Positions 62,401-64,000 of a stretch of DNA of 64,000 bases are shown in pieces. The stretch's first letter is position 1; each line of letters begins with the position of its first letter. This stretch comes from Lingula anatina (taxonomy: Eukaryota > Animalia > Brachiopoda). The notes beneath the pieces were generated by a model. It worked only from the letters and a program-made list of their open reading frames with translations, searched no databases and was not told the origin of the DNA. Both the position numbers and the translations under genes were made by a program. Location: NCBI GenBank assembly GCA_051362555.1, contig CM120640.1:17732001-17796000 (forward strand). The letters are read 5' to 3'.

Positions 62401-64000
62401 AGAATTATCGTGACTCTTTGTAGCTTTAATTAGGGTAGTTCAGTGAAAATTAGCTGCCATTTTTCACTGTAACTTGGCATTGCGGGATCTAGACACACAC
62501 TGTACTGTTAATTTGGTGTTAACCTCCTAGTGACAGTCAGTTTTACTTGTCTTGATCTTTATGGCAGTGGTCCTGATATATTTATCCCAGCTTGCTTTTC
62601 ATCTCCAATATTACTACTAGTAGTAATGTTATAACCAATATTCCACTTGGAAAATTGGTTTTAACATAACTAGTACACAGTTGACAAAATAATTTGTTGG
62701 ATGACAAAGTGCGTTATTCGAACAGTCAATTTAAGGAAAGAAAAGGTGTGAGGCTTATCTGGATAGGAAGAAGTAATTAGCACAAGTTTATGTAAATCAG
62801 CATGATATTCTGTCAGGTGTGGACTGCTATCTGGACAGATGGTGAGGTCACTGACAGTAAGATTTAGAAAAATCCTAGATTAATTGATAAATGGGCCTTT
62901 CCATATATTTTAGACAAGATAATGAACAATTTAGAATGTTATATGAAAATGTCACTTTGGTAGATCTGTTGATAGTTATGATTGTGAAAAAAATTGACAT
63001 TGTAACTGAGAAATAAAGCTGTTTTGTTTTCGTTAATGAAATTGTTTACAGTAACATCTGCTGAGTTTGAAAAAGAGCTTCACCCATTTTGGCTCTTACC
63101 TCACTTGTTAGATTTTTACAGTGCTTGTGTACAAATAATGTTTTTTTTTGTTGTTTTTTTTTTTGGGGGGGGGACAATAAATGTATGCTTAGTAAATCGA
63201 TAGATTTGGTCAGAAATATTTTAAGTTTTTACTGTTTTCATAGTAGTGTATTATTTTATGAACCTAGAAGATATTTTAAAATAACAACTGGGACCAAGGA
63301 TCTAGATTACTACAGTACCTATTGGCTCCCACATACATAACCCAATACATTATTTTACTACACACTGTGGGTATTGACAATTCCATATTTGTATACACAT
63401 TATTTTCCTCAGGATGGGTGACCACAACATGTGAGTAATAACAACTGTAGTAACAATACAGATTACGTCCTCACACAAGACAAGACTTTGAGTCATTGTT
63501 CTCAAATATTTCTCTCCAGTTGAAATGGTTCTCTCCATCACCCAGACATGTTAAAAAATTTGTGTTTGAAGTGGTATACACCCCCCCTTCACTCGCCCCC
63601 TTTACAATGATTGATGGTTTGGGAAATAATGATGGAAAAAATTTGCCAAGAAATTTACTTGAGAATCCCTGACACATGTTAGCTGATTCCAATCACATGT
63701 GCTGTAAGTGGGGAGATTGGGTTGTGTTAGTGGCCTCCCGCACTGAGCGTGGTGAAGAAATCTGCTGGATATAATGCTAAGAATTGTGACAAAGTGTACC
63801 AGATGAAAAACACCCTGTGCAAATTGACCTGTTTGTGTAGGAGTGATTCTGGAGGTTGGTTCTGAAAAAAAGAGATAATAGAAGCCAACTGACTCAGACT
63901 GTTAAGGAAATACCGCATACATACATATGTGTGCAGAGAGATCTATTACTTGATTCATTTTCACTAAGGTTGTCCTTCATTTGTGATTTAACCTGTTGAC

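Noticed and set aside
63350-63918. Several 60-85 codon open frames and a good minus-strand acceptor near 63862
   Set aside because: No recognisable protein motif or consistent exon chain, and too near the window edge to evaluate.

Overview
This is AT-rich, intron-containing genomic DNA from an invertebrate bilaterian (deuterostome or lophotrochozoan; the taxon cannot be fixed from this window). I assembled five protein-coding genes by hand from splice sites, and each reads in frame to a stop codon. (1) A kainate-type ionotropic glutamate receptor (+, 3466-17870; its 5' end lies upstream of the window). (2) A complete antisense gene nested in one intron of that receptor (-, 8964-5130), encoding a 777-aa secreted protein with two fasciclin (FAS1) domains and His/Gly/Tyr/Asp-rich regions. 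(3) OSCP1 (-). (4) Major vault protein, MVP (-), with a GC-AG last intron. (5) TAF5L (+), head-to-head with MVP. A probable 5' exon of a sixth gene lies near 59.3 kb. Introns and spacers carry several MITEs, an L2-like LINE tail, a Tc1/mariner relic and a 35-bp minisatellite. The most interesting observations are the nested His-rich FAS1 gene, a Pack-MULE-like TIR element that captured 126 bp of its own host intron, an Arg at the receptor's Na+-site position, GRIK-OSCP1 linkage resembling human 1p34.3, and a cluster of candidate micro/poison exons in OSCP1 intron 1. All calls come from manual reading and recalled family knowledge; no searches were run.
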